Positions 22,145 through 32,245 are shown, counted from the stretch's first letter. The stretch is DNA of 64,000 nucleotides from an uncultured delta proteobacterium (GCA_963840855.1 CAWJBB010000062.1:97261-161260); one strand, 5' to 3'. Numbers and translations: made by a program. The notes: generated from the sequence alone by a model not told the origin.

Positions 22145-22476
22145 GTCTTTTTTCCGAGCGTGACCACCGTTGCGCCCCAGCTGCCGGCTTCGGCTGGCGC
22201 GTCATGGAACGACGCCACCGCCGGGTGCTTTTCAAGGACGGAGCGAACGACGTTGCGCTGCACGCCCTTGCCTTTGCCGTGGATCAAGCGCACTTCAAGA
22301 ATTCCCGCATCGATGCATTGTTGCAGGTATTCTTCGACCACGCTGGGAATGTCCTTGGGCTGGAACGGATGGAGATCGAGATGATCCTCGATGGGTAAAA
22401 TGACCGGGTCGACGAATGGAGAGCCGGTTTCGTTGCCAGAGGGATCGAAGCCCTTGTCTTTGCCTCGCTTGCCCAT
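22141..22476 (-). CDS. Smr/MutS2 C-terminal domain protein
   Basis: LDLH, RLIHGKGKG, GSWGATVV. Confidence 0.9.
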   Translation of the reverse strand: MGKRGKDKGFDPSGNETGSPFVDPVILPIEDHLDLHPFQPKDIPSVVEEYLQQCIDAGILEVRLIHGKGKGVQRNVVRSVLEKHPAVASFHDAPAEAGSWGATVVTLGKKT

Positions 22477-22510
22477 AAAAAAGAGGGCAAGAAAGTTGTT
22501 CTTGCTCTCT
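22477..22510 (-). terminator. Probable intrinsic terminator after the ABC operon
   Basis: Minus-strand hairpin AGAGAGCAAGAA...TTCTTGCCCTCT followed by a T-run. Confidence 0.6.
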
Positions 22511-22534
22511 GCGATCGTTAGTTCACGGGCTATT

Positions 22535-23551
22535 TCAATCCCAGCGTTTGTCGCCTTTAAGCCGGCCTCCCACCTTGGCGAGCGCCGCTTCGATGATCGA
22601 CAGATCGACGAGTTTATCGTAGGTCGGTTTTTCTTGAGCTTTGATGGTTCCCAATTCTACTTGACGGTTGATGGTCCACTCGACCATGTCCTTCGGGAGA
22701 CCGTCGTTGACCGGCCACGCGCCGGCATTCGCGAGAATATCGTAAGTTTGCCCCACCGCGTCGGCGTCCTGCTGAGTGTATTTGACGGCGATCTCCACCG
22801 TCTTGGCCTTATTGTTGTAAATAAAGCGATTCGCTTTAACCAGCGCTGTCATGATGTCGACGTAAAGTTGACGGTTTTCTTTGATCTCTTTTTCGGGAGC
22901 GATATACGCCGCGTAAAGCCATTTCGGCAGCGGTTCCCAGAGATTGACGAGAATATTGAGATCGGGTTTTTTCTTTTTGGCGACGATCGCTTGATCGACG
23001 TGAAGAATGGCGGTATCGATCTGTCCGCTGAGCAATCCGGCCACACGCCCTTTGGTGCTCACCGGCACATACTCCACGTCCTTCTGTGTTAGACCGCAAC
23101 TCGCCATCACGGCACGGCTCATGACTTCATTGAATGCGCCAACTTCCTGAATGCCGATCTTGCGGCCTTTGAGTTCTTTGCAGCTTTTGATGTCGCCCTG
23201 CACCAGCATCGATTGAGAGAGCTTGTGCGAATAGGTGCCGAGCACCTTGGTGCCTGCGCCGCGCGCGGCGGCGATGATCGCCGGATCGGAACTTGTCCCG
23301 GTGATATCGAGCCCGCCGGCGACACTGCCTCTTAACGTCTGCGTGCCGCCCTCGAAGGTCACTAACTCGACGTCGATGTTAGACTCGCCGAAGAATCCCA
23401 TCTCTTTGGCGATATAGGGCGGCAAGTGCACCACGTTGGGCGGCGTAACCGGCACACCGAAAACGATTTTACGCTTGGTCTGCGTCTCGCCCGCTTGCAA
23501 GCCCAGGGTCAAACTAATCGACGCCACGAGAAGGCAAACGATCTTTTTCAT
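22535..23551 (-). CDS. ABC transporter substrate-binding protein (NitT/TauT/SsuA family)
   Basis: Signal peptide MKKIVCLL, AKEMGFF, ELKGRKIG, LLSGQID. Confidence 0.88.
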   Translation of the reverse strand: MKKIVCLLVASISLTLGLQAGETQTKRKIVFGVPVTPPNVVHLPPYIAKEMGFFGESNIDVELVTFEGGTQTLRGSVAGGLDITGTSSDPAIIAAARGAGTKVLGTYSHKLSQSMLVQGDIKSCKELKGRKIGIQEVGAFNEVMSRAVMASCGLTQKDVEYVPVSTKGRVAGLLSGQIDTAILHVDQAIVAKKKKPDLNILVNLWEPLPKWLYAAYIAPEKEIKENRQLYVDIMTALVKANRFIYNNKAKTVEIAVKYTQQDADAVGQTYDILANAGAWPVNDGLPKDMVEWTINRQVELGTIKAQEKPTYDKLVDLSIIEAALAKVGGRLKGDKRWD

Positions 23552-23571
23552 AGAATCCCCTTTTGTTCGGC

Positions 23572-24327
23572 TTAATCCTTTTCTGTCGAGCTTCGCCACG
23601 GAGCGATGCGTCCTTCAACCCACTTGGCCAACCACATAAGTCCTACTCCTAATATCATAACCACGACTATGGGAACAAAGAGTTTATCCGTCTCCAGCGC
23701 ATTGGCGTAACGGACGATCATATAGCCCAAGCCGGTAACCGATGTATAAAATTCGGCGACGATCATGCCGACTAGGCCGCGGCCGATCGCGAGGCGCACG
23801 CCAGCCACGATGAAAGGAATGGCCGACGGGATGATCAAATGACGCCAGAGCTGCGACTCGCTTGAGCAGAAAGAACGTGCAACCTCTTGAAGATTGCGGT
23901 CGACATTTTTCACGCCTTCATAGGTGTTGAGCAGCACCGGAAATACCATGAACGAAAAGACGATCACTACCTTGGCTGGGATTTTAAAACCGAACCAGAG
24001 AACAATTAACGGTACGACGGCGACCATCGGTGTCGAATAGAGCGCGTTAATGTAGATATCGGTGGCCCATTCGACGACCGCAAAACGCCCCATGGCGACG
24101 CCGAGGAGCACCCCCACAACAATGGAAAGTACAGACGCATAGGTTAGCACGAGCAGACTTCCAGACATGTAACTCTGCAATTCGCCGCTCGCCACCAACT
24201 CGACAAAGGCCCGCGCGATGGCCAGGGGATAAGTAAACAGGATCGGGTTAATCCGCCGGCCGAAGTATTCCCAAAGCAAGATAACGACGACGAAGGAGAG
24301 CGCACGCACGGCAAACTTGCGGTTCAT
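23572..24327 (-). CDS. ABC transporter permease (NitT/TauT family)
   Basis: PLIVLWFG, EVARSF (EAA loop), IVAEF, GLGY. Confidence 0.92.
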   Translation of the reverse strand: MNRKFAVRALSFVVVILLWEYFGRRINPILFTYPLAIARAFVELVASGELQSYMSGSLLVLTYASVLSIVVGVLLGVAMGRFAVVEWATDIYINALYSTPMVAVVPLIVLWFGFKIPAKVVIVFSFMVFPVLLNTYEGVKNVDRNLQEVARSFCSSESQLWRHLIIPSAIPFIVAGVRLAIGRGLVGMIVAEFYTSVTGLGYMIVRYANALETDKLFVPIVVVMILGVGLMWLAKWVEGRIAPWRSSTEKD

Positions 24328-25109
24328 TGATCTTTCCTTCCAGATTCCTCGCCGCCGAGATCCTGCATGAGCATCTCCCAGAGAGAGTTTCTCAATTCGA
24401 TATAGCGCGGATGAGCACGCACCGAGATTATTTTTCTCGGCCGTGGGATGTCGACGTGAACGATTTCGCGGATGCGGCCGGGGCGGCGCGACATCATCGC
24501 GATGCGGTCGCCGAGCAGGATCGCTTCGTCGATGCTGTGTGTGACAAAGATCAACGCTTTTTTCGCTGTTTCGAGAATTCGCAGTAGCTCCTCTTGCATC
24601 ATCTCTCGGGTTTGGGCGTCCAACGCGCCAAAAGGCTCGTCCATGAGCAAAAGCGAAGGGTTGATTGCCAGCGCCCGCGCGAGGCCGGCGCGCTGCTGCA
24701 TGCCGCCGGAGAGTTGATGCGGATAGGACTTGGCGAAGTCCTGGAGCCCCATAAGCTCGAGATATCGCGTGATCGTGTTAGAAATCTCTTGTTTTGAGCT
24801 TCCCCTCAGCTCCAAGCCATAAGCGATGTTTTCATCGAGCCGCTTCCACGGAAACAGCCCGAAATGTTGGAACACCATAGCGACGTCTGGCCGGGGTCGA
24901 GTTACTGCGGTGCCGTCGAAAAGAATTTCACCGCGGTCGCGGGGAATCAAACAATCGATGATTCGCAACAGCGTTGTCTTGCCGCAGCCGCTTGGTCCGA
25001 GGATACACAGGCTCTCGTCGGCTTCGACTTCTAGATTGATATCCTGCAGCGCTACCACATCGCCGCCGCTGAAGGTCTTGGTGAGATTTCGAATGACGAT
25101 CTTGGCCAT
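24324..25109 (-). CDS. ABC transporter ATP-binding protein (NitT/TauT family)
   Basis: GPSGCGKT, LSGGMQQR, LLMDEPFGALD, VTHS. Confidence 0.95.
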   Translation of the reverse strand: MAKIVIRNLTKTFSGGDVVALQDINLEVEADESLCILGPSGCGKTTLLRIIDCLIPRDRGEILFDGTAVTRPRPDVAMVFQHFGLFPWKRLDENIAYGLELRGSSKQEISNTITRYLELMGLQDFAKSYPHQLSGGMQQRAGLARALAINPSLLLMDEPFGALDAQTREMMQEELLRILETAKKALIFVTHSIDEAILLGDRIAMMSRRPGRIREIVHVDIPRPRKIISVRAHPRYIELRNSLWEMLMQDLGGEESGRKDQ

Positions 25110-25116
25110 GCGGAGA

Positions 25117-26424
25117 TTAAACTGCTGGGGTTTCCAACAATTGCTTGACCTCTTGCAGAAAGCGCGCAGCGATGGCGCCGTCAATGACCCGATGATCGGC
25201 GGACAGTGTAGCGGTCATCATGGGACGGATCATCATTCCGACTTCGTCAGCAACCACGCGCGGCGCTACCCTTCCCGTTGCCAGAATGGCGCACTGCGGC
25301 GGGTTGATGATCGCGATAAAGCTATCGACGCCGAGCATGCCGAGGTTCGACACCGTAAATGTTCCGCCTTCGTAATCCAGCGGGAAAAAGTTTTTTTGTT
25401 TGCGCCTTGTCGGCCAGCTCGCGGCTCTTTTGGGCTAACTGGGTTAACGTCAACCGGTCGGCGTTGCGAATGACGGGGACGACGAGTCCTTCTTCCAGCG
25501 CCACCGCCATGCCGATATTGATGTCGGCGTGAACCTTGATTCCCTGCTCCGTAAAAGTTGAATTCACCGACGGGAAATCTTTGAGCGCTCGGGCGCAGGC
25601 TAGCAGAATAAAATCATTGATCGACGGAATCGACTCGTCGCCGCGCTCCTTCAACTCGGTTCTGACCTTGACGACCGCGGTCATGTCGATATCCATGCTC
25701 AGATAAAAATGCGGCGCGCTCTGTTTGCTTTGCGTCATGCGTTGGCCGACGATCCGGCGCATGGGGCTCAGCGGCACCAAGTCCGGCGCCGTCGAGGTAG
25801 GGGCGACCGGCCGGTCGCCCCTACTTTGCGCTTGTGCGGCGCGAAGCACGTCTTCCGCCAAAACACTGCCTTCGGGCCCGCTGCCGCGCAGCGTTGCGAG
25901 CTCGATTCCCTTTTCTTTGGCGATCCGCTTTGCCGCTGGAGATGCAAGAATGCGCGTTCGACCAGGAGGTGAAGTTTCGGAGGCGAGAAAATCCCCCTTT
26001 GATCCCCCTTTATAAACGGGGAAACAGGGGGATGATTCCGCTGCGGGGTTGTCTTTTCCGGCGGGAGGGCCAGACGAGACTCGCTCCCCTCTCTCTCTGG
26101 GAGAGGTTAGGGTGAGGGCGAGAGCCTGCCCCGGACGACGATCCGAGGGTGAGGGTCCTGAAGCGTAGCCGGTGTCGCCACTTCGCCCGGCGCAAGGATG
26201 ACTGCGATTTTATTTCCGACCGGCACTTCGTCGCCGGGCTTCGCCGTGACATGCGTCAAAATTCCAGAGGCCGCTGCTTCGATCTCCACCGTGGCCTTGT
26301 CGGTCTCGACTTCCATCAAAGGCTCGCCCTTTGAGACGGACTCGCCTTCGGCTTTTAGCCACTTGAGCAGAGTTCCAGTTTGCTGCGCCACACCGAGGGC
26401 GGGCATGATCACATTGGTTGCCAT
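25117..26424 (-). CDS. Dihydrolipoamide acyltransferase E2, split by frameshifts (~26150 and ~25385)
   Basis: Lipoyl domain EVETDKA, subunit-binding domain ASPAAKRIA..GSGPEG, catalytic domain SNLGM, AIINPPQ, DHRVIDG. Confidence 0.9.
25797..25824. repeat. GTAG-type REP palindrome inside the E2 coding sequence
   Basis: Perfect 28-bp palindrome GTAGGGGCGACCGGCCGGTCGCCCCTAC, read as RGDRPVAPT. Confidence 0.85.
25988..26157. repeat. Cluster of palindromic repeats (TCCCCCTTT/AAAGGGGG type and CCCTCACCC..CCTCTCCC type) inside the first E2 linker
   Basis: Similar motifs occur intergenically at 40814..40891 and 31097..31179. Confidence 0.75.
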
Positions 26425-26550
26425 GATTTTTAGGCGAGAGGCGGAAGGCGACAGGCGTGAGGAAAATTATTTCCTCTTTGCGCGTTTTGTGATGCCTTCT
26501 GTTTCTCGGTTTTCGCTTCCTTAATCCAAAAATCCAAAATCTTTCCTAAC

Positions 26551-26616
26551 GTAGCCCGGATGGAGCGTGAGCGAAATCCAGGGACCCTGGATTACGTTTC
26601 ACTTCATCCCGGCTAC
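26551..26616. repeat. GTAG-type REP doublet
   Basis: GTAGCCCGGATGGAGCG..AATCCAGGG and inverted CCCTGGATT..CATCCCGGCTAC. Confidence 0.8.
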
Positions 26617-27204
26617 GTCCCTGAGTTTCTTAGCTCCTCGACCGTATTTCCGTCCTTCCGTATTTTGCGGTCCTTTCGCTAAGATAAAACCAATCTTTCG
26701 TTTCTTCGGCTCGGATGGGGCCATAAGCTGGCGGATCGCGTCAAAGACCACCTTGAATTGCGCATCGTACCTTTTCTCCAGCGCCTCCAGTTTCCGCGCC
26801 AGTTCAGCATTAGTGGCAAGTAACTGGCGCAAGCGAACAAAGGTCCGCATGATTTCAATGTTGACCTCGACTGCGCGCTTGCTTCGCAGAACGCTCGAAA
26901 GCATGGCAACGCCTTGTTCCGTAAAGGCGTAAGGTGGGTGCCGTCGACCACCCCAATCGGAACTTGATATCGCAAATTGCGATTTCAAGTTGCCAACCTG
27001 CGCCTTCAAGCTTTGGAATTCCGCTTCACTCAGCTGAAACATAAAATCGTCGGGAAAACGATTACGATTACGTTTGACCGACTCGTTCAGTCTACCTACG
27101 CTAACTCCGTATAGCAGAGCTAAATCGGCATCAAGCAGGACTCTGTGGCCGCGAATGAGAAGAATCGCGTGCTCAATTCGCTCGGCTGAAACTTGCTTGG
27201 CCAT
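26599..27204 (-). CDS. ORF6N domain DNA-binding protein
   Basis: [62 protein letters not shown]. Confidence 0.9.
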   Translation of the reverse strand: MAKQVSAERIEHAILLIRGHRVLLDADLALLYGVSVGRLNESVKRNRNRFPDDFMFQLSEAEFQSLKAQVGNLKSQFAISSSDWGGRRHPPYAFTEQGVAMLSSVLRSKRAVEVNIEIMRTFVRLRQLLATNAELARKLEALEKRYDAQFKVVFDAIRQLMAPSEPKKRKIGFILAKGPQNTEGRKYGRGAKKLRDVAGMK

Positions 27205-27222
27205 CTAGTATCTGTTCCCTGT

Positions 27223-28540
27223 CTAGCTCTTCACTCTCTCCAGCGCTCCCGGGTTATTCAAATTCGATTGCGTTTCGCGCGTGGTCGATAGTTCGCCGCC
27301 GGTGGTGAAATAGTGGGTTCCGGCTACGAGCAATTTTTCCGACGGGAAGCGCGTGATCACTTCGCAGCCGTCTTTGGTCACGACAACTTCCTCTTCCAGC
27401 CGGGCGGCAGACCACCCGTCCGACGCGGGCCAGTAGGTTTCCAGAGCGAAGACCATGCCTTCTTCGATGACTTCAGGATTCTCCAACGAAACCAGCCGGC
27501 TGAAGATCGGTTTCTCCCAGATCGACAAGCCGACGCCGTGGCCGTATTGGAGAGCGAAGGCGGCTTCTTCGTTGGCGAAGCCGAATTCTTCGCGCCTTGG
27601 GCCAGAGCTTGACCACATCGGCCGTGGTGATGCCCGGCTTGACGATACTGATCGCCGCGTCCATGTAGTCGCGGCTGCGTTTGTAAGCATCGACCATCGC
27701 CGGCGAAGCGCTTCCCACCGCGAAGGTGCGGTAGTAGCAAGTGCGATAGCCGTTGTAGCTGTGCAGGATATCGAAGAACGCTGGGTCGCCCGGGCGGAGC
27801 ACGCGGTCGGTATAAACATGGGGATGCGGGCTGCAGCGCTCGCCGGAAATCGCATTTACGCCTTCGACATGTTCCGAGCCGAGGTCGTAAAGCACTTTGC
27901 TGACGACGCCGACGCATTCGTTTTCCTTGACGCCCGGTTTCATGAAACGGTAAAGCTCGTCATAGGCGGCATCGACCATCATGGTCGCGGCATTGAGCAG
28001 CGTGATCTCGTCTTGGGTTTTGATTTTCCGCACCTCGTGCATTAGTTGCTGGCCGTCGACGACTTTGATGCCTTGCGCCTGTAGTGCGAAGAGCACCGGC
28101 ATCTCGATCACGTCGACACCGACAGGCTCGTTGAGCAGCTTGCGTTTGTCGAGTTCGAGCCGGATTTTTTTCGCGACATCTTCAGCCAAACCGGATCCCG
28201 GATTGGTCGCGCCGCGCAGTGTGGAAATACCGGCGCGGGAACGCTCGCCGAGCCATGGGCAATAGATTTGATGATGGCGCGCCGCCGAGCCGAAGTCCCA
28301 GAGGATCGGCTCATCGTCTTGCGGTAACAGCGAGAAACGCACCAGCTTATCCATCGCCCAGGTGCCGATATGGGTGGCGGTGATGTAGCGGATGTTGTTC
28401 ATGTCGAAGCAGAGCAGCGCGCCAAGCTCCGATTTCTTCAGCGCGGCTTTGATGCGGGCCAGCCGCTCCTGCCGAAGCCGCTCGATATTGACGCGCTCTT
28501 CCCAATCGACGGCCATCAGGCCAAATGTTTTAAGGCCCAT
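27223..28540 (-). CDS. M24 (Xaa-Pro peptidase/creatinase) family protein, split by a frameshift (~27595)
   Basis: NIRYIT, RKIKTQDEI, YGHGVGL, GMVFALE, RLEEEVVVT. Confidence 0.88.
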
Positions 28541-28661
28541 ATTTTACCCTCCCGTTTCGGGTTTCGAGTCTCGGGTTTCGAGTTGAACCTGAAGTGCGCT
28601 TTCCGGCAGTTTCCAATTCCGCCTGCTTCCTAAAATCGAATTTCCTCGCCCTCCTGAGGAG

Positions 28662-31096
28662 CTGATCGTTACCCATAATCCTTATGGCTGGCGACTGGGG
28701 GATTGGGGTCAGGGGGTTGCTGCATAGAATGATCATGTTGTTTAAAGATCAAGAAAGCAGTGGCGATGTCTTGCAAGCGTTGCAGACCGCGAGCAAGGGT
28801 TGTCGAGCCGGGCTCGCCGTCACCCTTTCGGCCAAGGAAACCTCCGAGCTCAGCGGTCAGGCGTGTGATCTCGCGCAGGTTGGGTGGAGTGGAAGGCAGC
28901 GGTTGATCGGGACGCTTGAAGGCCAACAGCGCCTGCCACTCGTGTTGTTCAAAAGCAATGCTACACGGCGCCTGTGGGCGGGTGCGCGAGAGTTTCTTGA
29001 TATGCTCGATTCTCCAGGCCACCACCAAATCGATGGCCAGGCAATTTTCCCAAACTGTGCGATCAGCGAGTTGACGATTCTCAATGCGGCAACCACTCTT
29101 GAGCGTGCGATGATACTCCTCGATCCCCCAGCGCTTATTGTACCAATCGATCTTTTCGACAGCCTGCTCGAAGCTGTCGACCTCGAGCGTGGTCAACAAC
29201 ATCCACTCGATGGCTTCTTTGGGCGAAGGTGGATTGACTTCGGTGACGTAGACGGCCCAAAGGCTCAGCGCACCCAACGAAGGATTGCGCTTGGGAGCGT
29301 GCAACTCCACCTGCGCAAAGCGAATCTCCAGCACACAAGTGCGGGCCGCTCGCCCCTTGCGTCGGGGCAGATAAAGGACACGCTGACCCGCCACCGCTTG
29401 GCTTTCCATGTACGGCCAAAGACACGCGCTGCTATCTTTGACTCGTCGGTCCTGCTCAGCTCTAACCAAAAGCTTAGGGTGAGCCGGATCGCTTTTGGCC
29501 AACAAAAACAGCTCGTAGACATCGGCCTCGCGATCCCCGACACTGACCACCGTTGTGGCGGCTCCAAGCTGGCGTTGCAGGCGCGCCGCGCCCTGAAAAC
29601 TCTTGAGCCATTTGTAGCTCTCTTTTTGTTCAATCGCTCGCTGGTAACGGGTGGCACGTTTACCGAACTGCTTAGGATCGCGCGCCCAGGCCTGGATGTC
29701 GACCAAACCCATCGCCGTGCCCGCAGGCGTGTAGGCCATCGTATCGTGCAAAAGAATGCCCTGTGCGCCGTCGACATGCGTATTAATCGGTCCCAGCCCT
29801 TCCATGTCGGCGTGGGTGTCATAGTTAAAGCTGGTGGTGTCCTGCACCGCCAGCACCACGGGAATTTTCTCGCGCGCAATGCGCTCCATGGTGCTGTGAT
29901 AGTGCGAGGAAAGGATCGCCTCCATGTTTACGGCCTTGTGCTCAAACAATCGATAAGCCGCTTTGGTTTTGGCGCGGCTTTGGCAGGCCTGCGGAATATT
30001 GGCCCCGGGCTGCGCATAGAAATCACGCGCGACGGTAAACAGCCGCTTTCGATGGCGGCGATCACGCAGCCGGACATAACCGAACTCTTGTTCCGCCCAG
30101 TCCCGGGGTGGCTTGGGCAGCTTGCCGCACCGGGTAGGCGACAGACGCGCCGGGCCAGGCTCCTCGCACAAACGCTTTTGGAAGTCAGGGACCAACGGGT
30201 AGAGATAAATGTCTTTGATCGGTTTTTTCTCTCGATGGGCTCGATCTTGACGACCGCGCCCGCAGGTCTTGCCCACATAGATCCAATTGGCGGCACGATA
30301 CGAGGTGGCTGCAAAACGTTTCGACTCAACGTAGGTCTCCAACAAAAGCGGTCTATAACCATACGCTTGAGCCCAATCCCCTGGCAAGCGTTTCTGTGCC
30401 ATCGCCAAAATCTTGGAAGCCAGATTCTTTACCCCCACCCCGCGCACGATCACAAAGCGCGAGTTGGCCACTACCTTTTGCAGATGACTCTGACGCGCCG
30501 CGTGACTCCAGCCAATCCAACGCTCGCGCGCCTTCAAATGCAACGCCGCCGCACTGAAACCCAACGCTCCCAGCCATCCCTGCTCGCAGCCGATCAAGTA
30601 ACGCAGCTGCGCGCCACACAACGGTCGATACCCCAAGTAGTGATGGGTCGCTACCAGCTTCTTCCACTGCAAGTCCAGCTCACGATCTTTGGAACTAACC
30701 AAAACCAACTTAAGCCCGCGCAACTCCTTGACCGAGCCCTCAAGTCGCCAAGGCACATCCAATCGAGTCCGAGCAAAGCTCGATCCGCTAAAGCGCACAC
30801 GCCGGCGTGGCGCTGGCAAATCGATCAGTCCACGCTCAGCCAAGCGCCCCAGCGCTACTCGACAGCTCACTGCCTTGCGTTGGCCGTTCTCGGTGCGCCA
30901 GCCCAACCAGTCGCACACCCGCCGGGCCAACTCCGCTCGCGACCCCTGCGGTTGCTCGCGCGCTGCCGCGTTGATGCGATCCAACACTTCGGGCGCAAAC
31001 AATTGTCCGCACACCACCACGCTCGCGTCCATCTGCGCACACTGTGCCACAAATCATTGTCAGTGTCCAGCGTATGGAGATATGGAACATGATCAG
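28662..31096 (-). mobile_element. IS4-family (IS50/Tn5-like) insertion sequence, 2435 bp
   Basis: Imperfect 16-bp terminal IRs CTGATCGTTACCCATA / CTGATCATGTTCCATA (12/16 match); 9-bp direct repeat CCTGAGGAG at 28653..28661 and 31097..31105. Confidence 0.93.
28669..31050 (-). CDS. IS4-family DDE transposase with N-terminal DUF4338 (DruA-like) domain
   Basis: N-terminal HHYLGY, NSRF, NLASKIL, LLETYV, SYRAANW; C-terminal WAEQEF, QDTT, DREAD, YNKRWGIEEYHRTLK (YREK), LGGFLGRKGDGEPG. Confidence 0.92.
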   Translation of the reverse strand: MAQCAQMDASVVVCGQLFAPEVLDRINAAAREQPQGSRAELARRVCDWLGWRTENGQRKAVSCRVALGRLAERGLIDLPAPRRRVRFSGSSFARTRLDVPWRLEGSVKELRGLKLVLVSSKDRELDLQWKKLVATHHYLGYRPLCGAQLRYLIGCEQGWLGALGFSAAALHLKARERWIGWSHAARQSHLQKVVANSRFVIVRGVGVKNLASKILAMAQKRLPGDWAQAYGYRPLLLETYVESKRFAATSYRAANWIYVGKTCGRGRQDRAHREKKPIKDIYLYPLVPDFQKRLCEEPGPARLSPTRCGKLPKPPRDWAEQEFGYVRLRDRRHRKRLFTVARDFYAQPGANIPQACQSRAKTKAAYRLFEHKAVNMEAILSSHYHSTMERIAREKIPVVLAVQDTTSFNYDTHADMEGLGPINTHVDGAQGILLHDTMAYTPAGTAMGLVDIQAWARDPKQFGKRATRYQRAIEQKESYKWLKSFQGAARLQRQLGAATTVVSVGDREADVYELFLLAKSDPAHPKLLVRAEQDRRVKDSSACLWPYMESQAVAGQRVLYLPRRKGRAARTCVLEIRFAQVELHAPKRNPSLGALSLWAVYVTEVNPPSPKEAIEWMLLTTLEVDSFEQAVEKIDWYNKRWGIEEYHRTLKSGCRIENRQLADRTVWENCLAIDLVVAWRIEHIKKLSRTRPQAPCSIAFEQHEWQALLAFKRPDQPLPSTPPNLREITRLTAELGGFLGRKGDGEPGSTTLARGLQRLQDIATAFLIFKQHDHSMQQPPDPNPPVASHKDYG

Positions 31097-31179
31097 CCTG
31101 AGGAGGGAGAGGATAAAGGTGAGGGTGGCGTATGAACCGCTGCCCTCACCCTTCCCTCTCCCGGAAGCGGGAGAGGGTA
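31097..31179. repeat. Pair of REP-like CCCTCACCC/CCTCTCCC palindromes, the first interrupted by the IS
   Basis: ..gggagaggataaaggtgagggt and ccctcacccttccctctcccggaagcgggagaggg. Confidence 0.75.
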
Positions 31180-31222
31180 ATCTTTGGTTCATGACAGACC
31201 GATCGTCGAAAAATGACCATCA

Positions 31223-32245
31223 TCATGACTTCCCACACAACGTTTTAGCCATGTCTGCCACCGACTCCGGGGTCGGCACGGTCTGATCTTCGAGCACCGG
31301 CGAAAAAGGCACAGGCACATCCATCGCGCCCATGCGTTTCACTGGCGCGTCGAGATAGTAAAAAGCGCCGTCGGCGATCACCGAGGCGATTTCCGCTGTG
31401 ACACCGTAGCGCTCGTAGCCTTCGTCCACGACGATGGCGCGGCTAGTTTTTTTCACCGATTCGATCAACGTTTGCTTATCGAGCGGGACGGTAGTTCGGA
31501 CGTCGATGACTTCGGCGCTGATGCCGGAAGGTTCAAGGGATTCAGCTGCTGCGAGGGCGACGTGCACCATACTGCTGGTTGCGACCAGCGTGATGTCGCT
31601 GCCAAGGCGCTTCACGTCGGCGACGCCGAGGGGAATCGTGTAGTCGCCTTGCGGCACCGGGCCTTTCAACTGGTACATCATCTTGTCTTCGAAAAAGACC
31701 ACCGGGTTGTCGTCGCGAATGGCGCTCTTGAGCAGTCCCTTGGCGTCGTACGGCGTGGCGGGAATCACTACTTTCAGCCCAGGAACATGACTCACCCAGG
31801 CGTGCAGGCTCTGGCTATGCTGCGCGGCAGAGCGGCGCGTGGCGCCGAGCGTGGTTCGCAGTACCAGCGGCACTTTGAGCTTGCCGCCGGACATGTAGTG
31901 AATCTTCGCCGCCTGGTTCACCAGTTGGTCCATCGTCAAGGTTATGAAGTCACCGAACATGATGTCCACCACCGGGCGCATACCGGTCATGGCCGCGCCA
32001 ACGCCGATGCCACTGATGCCGGCTTCGGAGATCGGCGAATCGATCACGCGTTCTTTGCCGAATTCTTTGACCAAGCCCGAGAGCACTTTAAAGGGCGTGC
32101 CAGCCTCCGCGACATCTTCGCCGATGATGAAAACCGTCGGATCGCGGCGCATCTCCTCGGCCAGGGCTTCGTTGATGGCTTGGGCGAAGGTGATCTCTCT
32201 GACCTTGGCCGTCGCAACGGGCGTGTCTTGAGACATTTTCGCCAT
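31223..32245 (-). CDS. 2-oxoacid/acetoin dehydrogenase E1 beta subunit
   Basis: GEDV, DSPISE, DQLVNQAAK, AQHSQS, PYDAKGLL, LDAPVKR. Confidence 0.95.
   Translation of the reverse strand: MAKMSQDTPVATAKVREITFAQAINEALAEEMRRDPTVFIIGEDVAEAGTPFKVLSGLVKEFGKERVIDSPISEAGISGIGVGAAMTGMRPVVDIMFGDFITLTMDQLVNQAAKIHYMSGGKLKVPLVLRTTLGATRRSAAQHSQSLHAWVSHVPGLKVVIPATPYDAKGLLKSAIRDDNPVVFFEDKMMYQLKGPVPQGDYTIPLGVADVKRLGSDITLVATSSMVHVALAAAESLEPSGISAEVIDVRTTVPLDKQTLIESVKKTSRAIVVDEGYERYGVTAEIASVIADGAFYYLDAPVKRMGAMDVPVPFSPVLEDQTVPTPESVADMAKTLCGKS

Noticed and set aside
26599-27204. Prophage suggested by the ORF6N gene
   Set aside because: No integrase, structural or replication phage genes nearby.
28684-31092. 802-aa ORF antisense to the transposase
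   Set aside because: No recognisable motifs and it mirrors the transposase almost end to end; treated as a shadow ORF, although its length is notable.
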